64,000 bases of DNA from Pseudomonadota bacterium (GTDB taxonomy: Bacteria; Desulfobacterota; Desulfobacteria; Desulfobacterales; JAHIVH01): positions 138,628 to 202,627 of the forward strand of contig JAHIVH010000129.1 in assembly GCA_018816735.1 (NCBI GenBank), in the 5' to 3' direction. Below are positions 47,901 through 55,390 of this stretch, piece by piece; position 1 is the stretch's first letter, and each line of letters begins with the position of its first letter. The position numbers and the translations under genes are program-made. The notes below the pieces were generated by a model. It was not told the DNA's origin. It was given only the letters and a program-made list of their open reading frames with translations, and searched no databases.

Positions 47901-48355
47901 ACAGCCTGAAAGATGAGGATACAAAGATCCTTCATGAAAAATTGATGAAACATTCCAATGATGCCGGTCTTCTTTTATCTCTGTCATCTGCGTTCATCAA
48001 CAAGGGAGATTATCGTCTTGGCCTCTTAATCGCCCAGAATGCCCTGTCCGGGATAAAAACCGGAAAGAGTGAGGTCAAGGCAGATTTGTACAATAATATT
48101 GGCGTGGCTTATCTCTTCATGGGGCAGGACGAGCTTGCAAAAGACGCATTTAAATCATCATTGGAAAATTCCGGAAAAAATATCGGCGCCCAGGTGAATC
48201 TGGCAGGCCTTTATTCGTATTATGGACATGAAAGACGTGCCTATTCGATCTATGACACACTTCCGGGTACAAAGCTGATCGAAGAAACCGGTCAGATCAT
48301 TCACCCAAAAGCAAAAGAACTCTACATGGCCCAGCGTGGCGGGAAAAGGAAATAA
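44924..48355 (+). CDS. Large exported TPR-repeat protein (GltD/NfsD-like size and position)
   Basis: Signal peptide (LKKIIGVCLFVLLLSEWSGMVLA), then more than 15 TPR-like units (for example LLGDYFMGKGDVDMAKRHYEKVI, KLAWCHINNADYKSAIHLFEDAV, NIGVAYLFMGQDELAKDAFKSSL). ATGA start/stop overlap at 44924. Confidence 0.75.
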   Translation: MKKGHMLKKIIGVCLFVLLLSEWSGMVLAAVDQYGYQQTNQDEERKKYIAKLLEDRQKVEMAILNTRSLIDKSRNRPYLPELYLRLAELHIEKSRIAFFVRKNQRDGESSSLDQFESNTLKNRALEIYQRILDDFPDFQDQDKVHFFMAHEFRELNKTDEMIAHYREIIRKYPNSSYVPESYLLLGDYFMGKGDVDMAKRHYEKVIDYPFSQAVVIARYKLAWCHINNADYKSAIHLFEDAVSQSENLKNIDIDTYRRVDVKQEALIDMAYCYTECYKDSTPEEALTYFQKYSWSRQVYVVVLEKLAYRYLLKKKWHHAALVYRQLSILQQDADKLLDYSKNIFECVQAMGKFDDVDQDMAIIVKALKKQKYAADVTDEVKAKNVKDYELYARDLATHLHQKARKDKSADDFRRAADAYKTYLEFFNESPVKQEMNVNYSEALFSSKDYLHAGKQYEKLALASEKDPKNRKENLYSSVISYYTAIKNKDNLDSYELAFARGGLKETGKSYAKEFPTSRYVEDVLFNVAWISYDAGNYDDAIKDFSEFVNKYPGGKPASAAVHLILDAYHLKEDHEGLIAYGRKVLADNRIRDSKLKQDVVQIVKATESKVVSNLTIAAMDDWEKGKSELLDLAEDSTTSGMGEQALNALIISAKDKDDLQALFTGGNTFIKKYPKSDKLESTMNAMIDSSLKINQYRMVASYLESFAEKFPKNKVAQDFLNQAGQIRKNLGQNELSNRNYIRILNTYSMNDGVADEVVFNMADNYIALNKDDGAISVMEGNLKKLSETGKVRAEAMIAGLYLKKGQEKNALKYRKMAYSDYSGKTAGKDPALDEAFAEMAFHAVQRNYNDYSALQLKGKIDNTVVARKAKLLEDLEKGYQSIMGYPSPVWVLSACYYAARINHEFARFLIESPLPELSADQKENYLKIIQQKADGYSKKGDQYLDTFVKQAKKLEICDSKVAGLVDLSSGKVTQKGRMQSFNGSEERVSVAQNSLKDEDTKILHEKLMKHSNDAGLLLSLSSAFINKGDYRLGLLIAQNALSGIKTGKSEVKADLYNNIGVAYLFMGQDELAKDAFKSSLENSGKNIGAQVNLAGLYSYYGHERRAYSIYDTLPGTKLIEETGQIIHPKAKELYMAQRGGKRK

Positions 48356-48358
48356 ACC

Positions 48359-49699
48359 ATGTTCTTTATGAAACATATTTTAATCGGTTTTGTCATTTTC
48401 TTCATCGGGTGTGGTGGCGGCGGTTCCGGTAACAGCGGTGATGACAGCTCAAACAATGACAATGACACAACCTCACAGGAATGGGTCTGGGAGAAAGCAA
48501 AGATCACAGAAATAGACGGTGGCGGCATGCTGACACCTAACATCATTGCATCCAAAGGAAATGCCCATGATGTGCACATTGTCTATTTTGAAGATGATAC
48601 GGCAAATGGATATGCCATAAATCACCTGATCGTAGATGACAGCGCGTTTACAGTATCTGCCGAAGATAAAATTCTCTCGGTTGACAATTGCAGAACATTG
48701 GGCGTTTCAGGTGCTGCATCAGGCACGCCTGTTGTGGCTTATCAGGGGGGTGAAATAAGGGAATGCGGTTCCGAACAGCAGTCTGATGCCATGATAAGCA
48801 TTTGGAGTGGCAACGCCTGGACCGAATATACAGCAGGAATCGGATATGTGGAAAGAAATCCCGTGTTTCAGGATGGCCTGGCCGGGAAAACCGTGGCAAC
48901 AGCCATGGATTCGAAAGGAGATATCCATGTCTGCTATCAGTTCTTTTATGAAGGATGCGATGCCATGAATTTTAATTTTCCGGACCTCCTTTATGTAAAA
49001 AAAGATGGCGCGAATCTTTCCGCAGCGAGTGCTGAAGAAGTCGTTACCGGAAATGTCTATAATCCCAACGGTACGGCAAGCGAGCAGAACAGAATCGGGG
49101 ATCGGGTGGCTATCATGGTGGATGAAAACGACGCGCCTGTTATTTTTTACGATGCCGATCTTTCACCTGTCATGCCGGACCCGGATGAGAAAGGGCTTCG
49201 GGTGTCACGAAAAACAGGGGACCGTTTTGAGCATGCCTGGATCGAAACCGGCATTAAGGTCGCCTATTTGAGCTGTGCCATGGATAAGGACGGAAACCCT
49301 GCGGTGGCCTACTATATAGAAGATGAATATGAAGATACAACCGGAACTCACGAGAAATGTCTGAAATTCGCCATATTGAAAAATGACCAATGGACGGTTC
49401 AGATGGTGGATGAAAGCGTTCTCTGCGGCAATTACTGCTCGCTATCCTTTGATCAGAATGGAAATCCATGGATTGCCTATTATGCGGAAGGCAATCACAG
49501 CGGCAGTATTTCCATGAAGGATCTGAAAGTCGCGTATGATGATGGTACGGCCTGGAAGAAAGAAGTTGTTTCAGAAACAGGAGATATCGGCAGTTTCAAT
49601 ACCCTGTGGTTTGATACGGATAATATGGCACGGATTTGTTCCTATGAAAAAGTCGGGAAGGCAATTTATATGTTTGTTCAGCGTGAAGGAGGACAGTGA
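48359..49699 (+). CDS. Lipoprotein with seven internal D-x-x-G-x-P-x-[IV]-A-Y-type repeats (probable 7-bladed beta-propeller)
   Basis: Lipobox FFIGC followed by GGGGSGNSGDD. Repeats: KGNAHDVHIVYFED, ASGTPVVAYQGG, DSKGDIHVCYQF, DENDAPVIFYDA, DKDGNPAVAYYIED, DQNGNPWIAYYAEG, DTDNMARICSYE. Confidence 0.65.
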   Translation: MFFMKHILIGFVIFFIGCGGGGSGNSGDDSSNNDNDTTSQEWVWEKAKITEIDGGGMLTPNIIASKGNAHDVHIVYFEDDTANGYAINHLIVDDSAFTVSAEDKILSVDNCRTLGVSGAASGTPVVAYQGGEIRECGSEQQSDAMISIWSGNAWTEYTAGIGYVERNPVFQDGLAGKTVATAMDSKGDIHVCYQFFYEGCDAMNFNFPDLLYVKKDGANLSAASAEEVVTGNVYNPNGTASEQNRIGDRVAIMVDENDAPVIFYDADLSPVMPDPDEKGLRVSRKTGDRFEHAWIETGIKVAYLSCAMDKDGNPAVAYYIEDEYEDTTGTHEKCLKFAILKNDQWTVQMVDESVLCGNYCSLSFDQNGNPWIAYYAEGNHSGSISMKDLKVAYDDGTAWKKEVVSETGDIGSFNTLWFDTDNMARICSYEKVGKAIYMFVQREGGQ

Positions 49700-50493
49700 T
49701 GAAAACAGTTAGATTATTAATAACAGGTATACTTTCGTTTTTGCTGTTCAATATCCATGCAACAGCGGATATCGATCCCAATGCATGGTTTGACGAATGC
49801 CCGGACGCCAATTGCGGTGCACCGCCTGCAGGTGGTGTGGGCGGTGGTGGCGCAGGGGGCGGTCCCATTGTCGTCAGTTATGATTTGGGACCGTTATGGT
49901 CCCTTGAGGAAGATGCAGACGCAGATGGTGTACTGGATACCCGGGATAATTGTCCCTATCTTGAAAACGACCAGGAAAACTATGATGGGGATGACTACGG
50001 GGATGCCTGCGATAACTGTCCGGCGGTTGTCAATAATGATCAGGAGGACACGGACGGTGATGGCACGGGCGATGCCTGCGATGGCGATATAGATGGGGAC
50101 GGCCTTTCAAACAGCCAGGATAACTGTTCTCTTGTATCAAATCCCCTTCAGACAGATACGGACGGCGATGGCATAGGGGACCTTTGTGACGACGATGATG
50201 ATAATGACGGCATCCCGGATACAGTGGATAACTGCAGCAAGGAACCGAATCTTGATCAGGCGAATGCGGATTTTTATATGACAGGCGATACCCTGGGCGA
50301 TGCCTGTGACGACGACTGGGATAATGACGGGTTTACAGATGATGTCGATCTCTGTCCACGGTCACATTCGGATCTGAATTCAGATACAGATGGCGACGGC
50401 ATAGGAGATGTGTGTGATAATTGTCCGAGGATTTCAAATTCGGATCAGGCGGATTCAGACCAGGACGGAAAAGGAGATGCTTGTGATGGCTAA
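49696..50493 (+). CDS. Secreted thrombospondin type-3 (TSP3) calcium-binding repeat protein
   Basis: Signal peptide and a Gly run (GGVGGGGAGGG), then about ten DxDxDGxxDxCD(N)CP loops (for example DTDGDGTGDACD, DTDGDGIGDLCD, DSDQDGKGDACD). The start overlaps the upstream stop. Confidence 0.8.
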   Translation: MMKTVRLLITGILSFLLFNIHATADIDPNAWFDECPDANCGAPPAGGVGGGGAGGGPIVVSYDLGPLWSLEEDADADGVLDTRDNCPYLENDQENYDGDDYGDACDNCPAVVNNDQEDTDGDGTGDACDGDIDGDGLSNSQDNCSLVSNPLQTDTDGDGIGDLCDDDDDNDGIPDTVDNCSKEPNLDQANADFYMTGDTLGDACDDDWDNDGFTDDVDLCPRSHSDLNSDTDGDGIGDVCDNCPRISNSDQADSDQDGKGDACDG

Positions 50494-52087
50494 GGGTAAG
50501 AACACCTATCTTATGATTTTTTTATCGTTCCTGTTGATGGTTGGCTGCACCAGCAGTCCGCCTCTTGAACGGACCCAGGAAAGACGGCAGGTGACGCTGT
50601 CCGGCTCGTTTCTGACCGAAAGCCCGGATGAAATCAATTTTCCGGTCAAAGTCCTTTTTGCCATCGACTGCTCGTTAAGCATGGGCGATGAAGAAGTCGG
50701 CGTTGTGGCCGGTTCGGATCCCTATTTTTTAAGAATCGAAGCGGTCAGAAATTTTATCAATGAATACAACAGCAATGAAAACACGTCCTTTGAAGTGATG
50801 CTGTGGAGCAATACGGTGTTTGAAACCACCCATGGATTTACCAAAGACCCGGCTGTTCTCGATAATATCCTTACGGATGTTCAAAATGATACAACCACGG
50901 ACTACCTGGGAACCCTTGATGAAATGTTTGTGGATATCCGAAACGATATTCTGGATTCAAATGAAGAGAACCGTGTCAGATCAAAATACGTCGTGGTGTT
51001 TCTGAGCGACGGTGTATCAAACGCCCAGGGCATGATTCAGGATGACGCCGATATCTGGAACAGCGTGGAAGATATCAATGACATGGTTGCGGAATATGGT
51101 GTGGGGTCGTTTAATTTTCATACATTCCTCCTCCTTGGAAATTTCGGAGCAGATGCAAGCGGTCAGGCTGCACTGGCCCATGCGGAAAATACCCTTCAGG
51201 GCATGGCAGAAAGGGGAGATGGCCAGTTCAGACTGTTTGAAAATGCGGAAGCAATTGATTTTATCAATATTGTGGATATGCGGCTTACCGTGGAATACGA
51301 TGTTAAATTTATGGTGGCCTATAATTTCAATGTGCGCCCGGGAATCGATCTGATCTACGTGGACAGCGATGGGGATGGCCTTTCAGATGAAGAAGAAGAA
51401 ATGTATGGCACGGATCCGACCCTTAAAGATTCGGATGCTGACGGGTTTTCGGACTTTTTTGAAATCAAGCTAAGCTCACCCGGACATGTTCTTGATCCCC
51501 TTGACCCGGCTGACAGCAATTGCGATGCAGGCGTCACAGGAATCGATTCGGACAGTGATGGATTGTCGGACTGCGAGGAGTATGTCAAGGGCACAAACAG
51601 GCTCAATCCGGACTCGGATTCCGATGGCATCCCTGATGGCATCGAGTTTCTGACAGGAACCAATCCCCTGGAGGAACAGCAGGCAGTGGATACCGATTTT
51701 GATGGTCTGCTCGATTGGCTAGAAGTTCAGCGGCATTCCAATGTCTCCTCCAATGATGAGATCATCCGGGAACGGTACAGCTATAACTACGACATCAGGG
51801 ATGGTGGACTGGTGGAGATTGATCAGGGAACGGAAATGGCGTCTTTCGTACGTCAGTATGAATTTGATATCTCAAACATCGATGTCATGGAAACACTCGG
51901 GTATACAATGGCAAATGGTGAAGCGTGGCTTGAAGGTGATAATTTGATCCGCTTTTATCTGGCGGAAGTACCGGAAGATACGCCTGACCATGCACCGGTT
52001 TTCAGAGTGGCGGAAGTGATTGTAAACATCAATGATGATGATAAGCATATTGTGTTGTCGCCTGCGGATTTCAAACTTATACAATAG
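50486..52087 (+). CDS. Lipoprotein with a VWA-like domain (DxSxS MIDAS) followed by TSP3 repeats (CglD-like architecture)
   Basis: Lipobox LLMVGC. VLFAIDCSLSMGDEE (DxSxS) and VVVFLSDGVSN. Five TSP3-type loops (DSDGDGLSDEEE, DSDADGFSD, DSDSDGLSD, DSDSDGIPD, DTDFDGLLD). ATG 50486 lies 10 nt after AAGGAG and overlaps the upstream gene by 8 nt. Confidence 0.75.
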   Translation: MAKGKNTYLMIFLSFLLMVGCTSSPPLERTQERRQVTLSGSFLTESPDEINFPVKVLFAIDCSLSMGDEEVGVVAGSDPYFLRIEAVRNFINEYNSNENTSFEVMLWSNTVFETTHGFTKDPAVLDNILTDVQNDTTTDYLGTLDEMFVDIRNDILDSNEENRVRSKYVVVFLSDGVSNAQGMIQDDADIWNSVEDINDMVAEYGVGSFNFHTFLLLGNFGADASGQAALAHAENTLQGMAERGDGQFRLFENAEAIDFINIVDMRLTVEYDVKFMVAYNFNVRPGIDLIYVDSDGDGLSDEEEEMYGTDPTLKDSDADGFSDFFEIKLSSPGHVLDPLDPADSNCDAGVTGIDSDSDGLSDCEEYVKGTNRLNPDSDSDGIPDGIEFLTGTNPLEEQQAVDTDFDGLLDWLEVQRHSNVSSNDEIIRERYSYNYDIRDGGLVEIDQGTEMASFVRQYEFDISNIDVMETLGYTMANGEAWLEGDNLIRFYLAEVPEDTPDHAPVFRVAEVIVNINDDDKHIVLSPADFKLIQ

Positions 52088-52128
52088 GCGTTTTGAAACA
52101 CGGGACTTGGGAGTAAAGGAGAAACGTT

Positions 52129-54396
52129 ATGAAAAAAATACACTATCTAATTCCGGTATTCATGTTGCTGTTGGCTTCATGCGGCGGCCTGGGCAGTTCG
52201 TCTGATGATTCGGATACGGCGGAATTGTCTTTGAACAAGAAAGTCAAGGGAACGATTTCAAAAGAAGGGGAAGTGGACTGGTACCGCTTTCGGGCGGTTG
52301 ACGCCAATGCACTTCTGCAGGTCAAGTGCACCAGTGAAACCTTAAGGCCGGAAGTCGATCTTTTGGTGGGCGTATATCAGGAAGACACCAATGGAAACAA
52401 GGTGCTCATATATGCCGATCACGCGCCGGACGGAGGCATGTCCCCGGCTGACCTTACCCTTCATGCCTATATTGATGTTCCCAAGGATATTTATATCTCC
52501 GTCCGGGATCTGATGGATGATGATTTCTCGGATAATCCCTATTATATTTCCGTTGATATGGAAGCTTCTGCCGAGGAAAATGACAGTTTTACAACAGCAA
52601 CCACCCTGGCCGTGGATGACGGTATGGGGGCCTCGGACAACATCGGCCGAGTGGGGGATATCGACTGCTACCAGTTTACATCAACTGGCGGTGTTTATGA
52701 TGTCAACGTGGAATTCACCCCATTTGCAGGCACGAGTGTCCAGTTGTCCGTAGATTTATATGACAGCGAAGGAAATATCGTGGGTTCCCAGACCAGCGCC
52801 ACCAGGAAAAGCTATCATCTGATTCACTTTCTTCCTGCCGGCCTGTATTTCGTTCATATCGATGACTATGGCATGAATGATTTTGACACGGCATCCACCT
52901 ATACGGTTTTCGTAAATACCGTAACTGCCGATGAAGCAAATGAGAATGATTCCTCATCTCAGGCGGAAACCGTGAATATGTCTTCCTGGAATACGGATGT
53001 GACGATCACAGGTACCATCGCCTATGCGGAAGACAAGGATTACTACCTGCTTTCACTTCCATCACCCCTTGACGGTTTCAGGGTGCTTGAACTGAGTTTT
53101 TTTGCGGCATCATCGTTTGAATACAACATCCATCTGTTGGATCAAAACCTGAATACTGTATTTTCCCAGACATATAAAGGGGGATCAACCCTTTTCCATA
53201 CCCTATTGAAACTGGAATCCGGCAACGCATATCTGGTTATAGAGCCTGTGACCGGCACAACCGGTTTTGAATCGTCTTCTTATACGGCCACCCTTCAGGT
53301 ACAGAATATCGTGGATGATGCAGACACGACGCCAAATGAAAACGATACGATTGATACGGCAGATACGCTGACGCCTTCAAGCAATCCGGCATCTGCCACA
53401 TCCGGAAAAATTTCCTACAGAGGTGATGCAGACTGGTATTCATTAACCATTGCCGCTCATGCCTCGCCGCAGATTCTGGAAGTGTTTGTAAACGCCCCCT
53501 TATCTTCAGTGGCTTACGCCTTAACCGTTATCGGCGATTCTGTGAATGAAAAAATATACAACAGTCATCCGGAAACCATCCCCACGCAACTGAAAACATC
53601 ATTCCTGGTGTCTGCCAATGATGAATCAGCTGTGTATTCTTTCCGCGTGGGCGATTTTCAGGATGATGACGGCGATGATGCAGCTTATACCATCCGTGTT
53701 GATTTGAAGGATATTCCCCCCACGCTGCCAGCGGTGGCGCAAACAGCATCCCCATATGGCGCAACCGTCGCCTATTATAATGAAGTAAATGATACTGGCG
53801 GAAACGAAGTTACCCTTGAATACAATCCGGTTACGAAGAAAACCTTTAATGCCGATACCACCCGCCTTGATTTTGCCAATGCAACAGTGGAACAGAACAC
53901 GCCTGCAGATGGTCAAACCCGACTCACATTCCCATGGATCGGCGGCTATATCGATTATCAGGGAGATCAGGACTGGTTCATGATCGATTTCCAGCCGCTT
54001 GACAGCTCAAGCACCTGGTATTACGAACTGTCAGTGGAATTTTATGCGCCTTCGACGGATGTGGAATATGTGTGGAAATTCTATCCGGACAGAAACGACA
54101 ATGATGTGATGGCCGAGCAGTCAAGCGGTTATGACGGATTTATCGCAAGTGCAGGTGACACGGGTATTTCAGAGGCCGCCTTTGATATCACCACGCCCGC
54201 ACAGGGCGACAGCGATTTCTGGGTGGGCCGCTCATGGCAGGGCCAGGCCTTTTTCAGCATCAGTGATTTCAACTATCTCTATGACGAAACAGAGGCGGAC
54301 AACACCGTTCCAGACGACGACTGGGGCGGATACGGCCAGGCGCCATATTATTTCAGATTAACCCTTATCTATCATCCAGGCGTTTCAAACCCCTGA
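52129..54396 (+). CDS. Lipoprotein with five PPC-like (pre-peptidase C-terminal type) modules
   Basis: Lipobox LLLASC. Recurrent G-x-I-x(3-4)-D-x-D-W/Y-Y motif: GTISKEGEVDWYRF, GRVGDIDCYQF, GTIAYAEDKDYYLL, GKISYRGDADWYSL, GGYIDYQGDQDWFMI. Confidence 0.65.
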   Translation: MKKIHYLIPVFMLLLASCGGLGSSSDDSDTAELSLNKKVKGTISKEGEVDWYRFRAVDANALLQVKCTSETLRPEVDLLVGVYQEDTNGNKVLIYADHAPDGGMSPADLTLHAYIDVPKDIYISVRDLMDDDFSDNPYYISVDMEASAEENDSFTTATTLAVDDGMGASDNIGRVGDIDCYQFTSTGGVYDVNVEFTPFAGTSVQLSVDLYDSEGNIVGSQTSATRKSYHLIHFLPAGLYFVHIDDYGMNDFDTASTYTVFVNTVTADEANENDSSSQAETVNMSSWNTDVTITGTIAYAEDKDYYLLSLPSPLDGFRVLELSFFAASSFEYNIHLLDQNLNTVFSQTYKGGSTLFHTLLKLESGNAYLVIEPVTGTTGFESSSYTATLQVQNIVDDADTTPNENDTIDTADTLTPSSNPASATSGKISYRGDADWYSLTIAAHASPQILEVFVNAPLSSVAYALTVIGDSVNEKIYNSHPETIPTQLKTSFLVSANDESAVYSFRVGDFQDDDGDDAAYTIRVDLKDIPPTLPAVAQTASPYGATVAYYNEVNDTGGNEVTLEYNPVTKKTFNADTTRLDFANATVEQNTPADGQTRLTFPWIGGYIDYQGDQDWFMIDFQPLDSSSTWYYELSVEFYAPSTDVEYVWKFYPDRNDNDVMAEQSSGYDGFIASAGDTGISEAAFDITTPAQGDSDFWVGRSWQGQAFFSISDFNYLYDETEADNTVPDDDWGGYGQAPYYFRLTLIYHPGVSNP

Positions 54397-54528
54397 AAAA
54401 AATCCGGCAAGCGCCAATCAGGCGTTTGCCGGACGTTTTGCAAACATTTGATTTACATACACACAAATATCGTGATAAGGGTTTTTGACCTATTGAAAAA
54501 CACTGCGGCTTAAAAGTGATGACATTGA

Positions 54529-55230
54529 ATGGAAGATAATACCTATACGATCCGATATCATTTCCTTTTTAAAAACGGAAAAGAAAATACATTTGATGTG
54601 AAGATCGATTCATCAACCATGTTGAATCTTTTACCCCAACCTGAAAACAAACCGTTCTGGACGGAGCTCGATTACCATCAATGCGAGTGCTGCCCCCTTG
54701 ACAAGGCACAGGTTTCCCATTGCCCTATTGCGCTTAATATAATGGGGCTTATCGAGGCATTCAAAAATGTCATGTCATCAGAAAAATGCCAGGTATCCTG
54801 CATCACACCTGAAAGAACCTATTCCAAAGAAGTCGATATCCAGAATGGGCTCTTTTCAATTTTCGGCATCATCAATGCCACCAGCAGTTGCCCGATCATG
54901 AGCTTTTTTAAACCCATGGCGAAGTTTCATCTGCCCTTCTCCACCATTGAAGAGACCAAGGTAAGGGTCATATCATTTTATCTTCTGTCCCAATATTTCA
55001 AACAGGAAAAAAGCGATACAATAGACATCCAGCTTGAACAACTGGAATCCTTTTATTCCAAAGTAGAACTGCTCGATGCGGGGATCCTAAACAGAATCCG
55101 GGGAATTTCTGACAGTGATGCAGATAAAAATGCCGTTATTATCCTGAATTCCATAGCGCAATTAATCTCAATGGAAATTGATGAACAACTCCAATCGATA
55201 GAAGATATTTTTAAAACAAGTGGATTTTAA
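54529..55230 (+). CDS. Cytoplasmic hypothetical protein with a C-x-C-C-x9-C cysteine cluster
   Basis: No signal peptide. DYHQCECCPLDKAQVSHCP cluster. Last ORF before the terminator, 132 nt after the preceding gene. Confidence 0.5.
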   Translation: MEDNTYTIRYHFLFKNGKENTFDVKIDSSTMLNLLPQPENKPFWTELDYHQCECCPLDKAQVSHCPIALNIMGLIEAFKNVMSSEKCQVSCITPERTYSKEVDIQNGLFSIFGIINATSSCPIMSFFKPMAKFHLPFSTIEETKVRVISFYLLSQYFKQEKSDTIDIQLEQLESFYSKVELLDAGILNRIRGISDSDADKNAVIILNSIAQLISMEIDEQLQSIEDIFKTSGF

Positions 55231-55297
55231 AATTTATCATTTGTTCGGTTTTTACGGGAAGAGGATGATAAGCGTTTTCGTTTGCTTAAGCTAAAGA

Positions 55298-55338
55298 ATA
55301 AAAAAGGCAGAGCAAAATACAGCTCTGCCTTTTTTTTG
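55298..55338. terminator. Bidirectional intrinsic terminator hairpin
   Basis: AAAAAA-GGCAGAGC-8 nt loop-GCTCTGCC-TTTTTTTT, located between convergent genes. Confidence 0.65.
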
Positions 55339-55390
55339 TATAAGAGTATATCAAAACATCTTAGGGCGCCTTGATTTCAATTGCCTTACA

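Noticed and set aside
49880-51700. Repetitive GAyrryGAyGGy-type DNA periodicity that could be mistaken for a tandem-repeat or CRISPR-like array.
   Set aside because: The repeats are in-frame coding repeats (TSP3 DxDxDG loops) of two intact ORFs. There is no repeat-spacer regularity and no cas genes.
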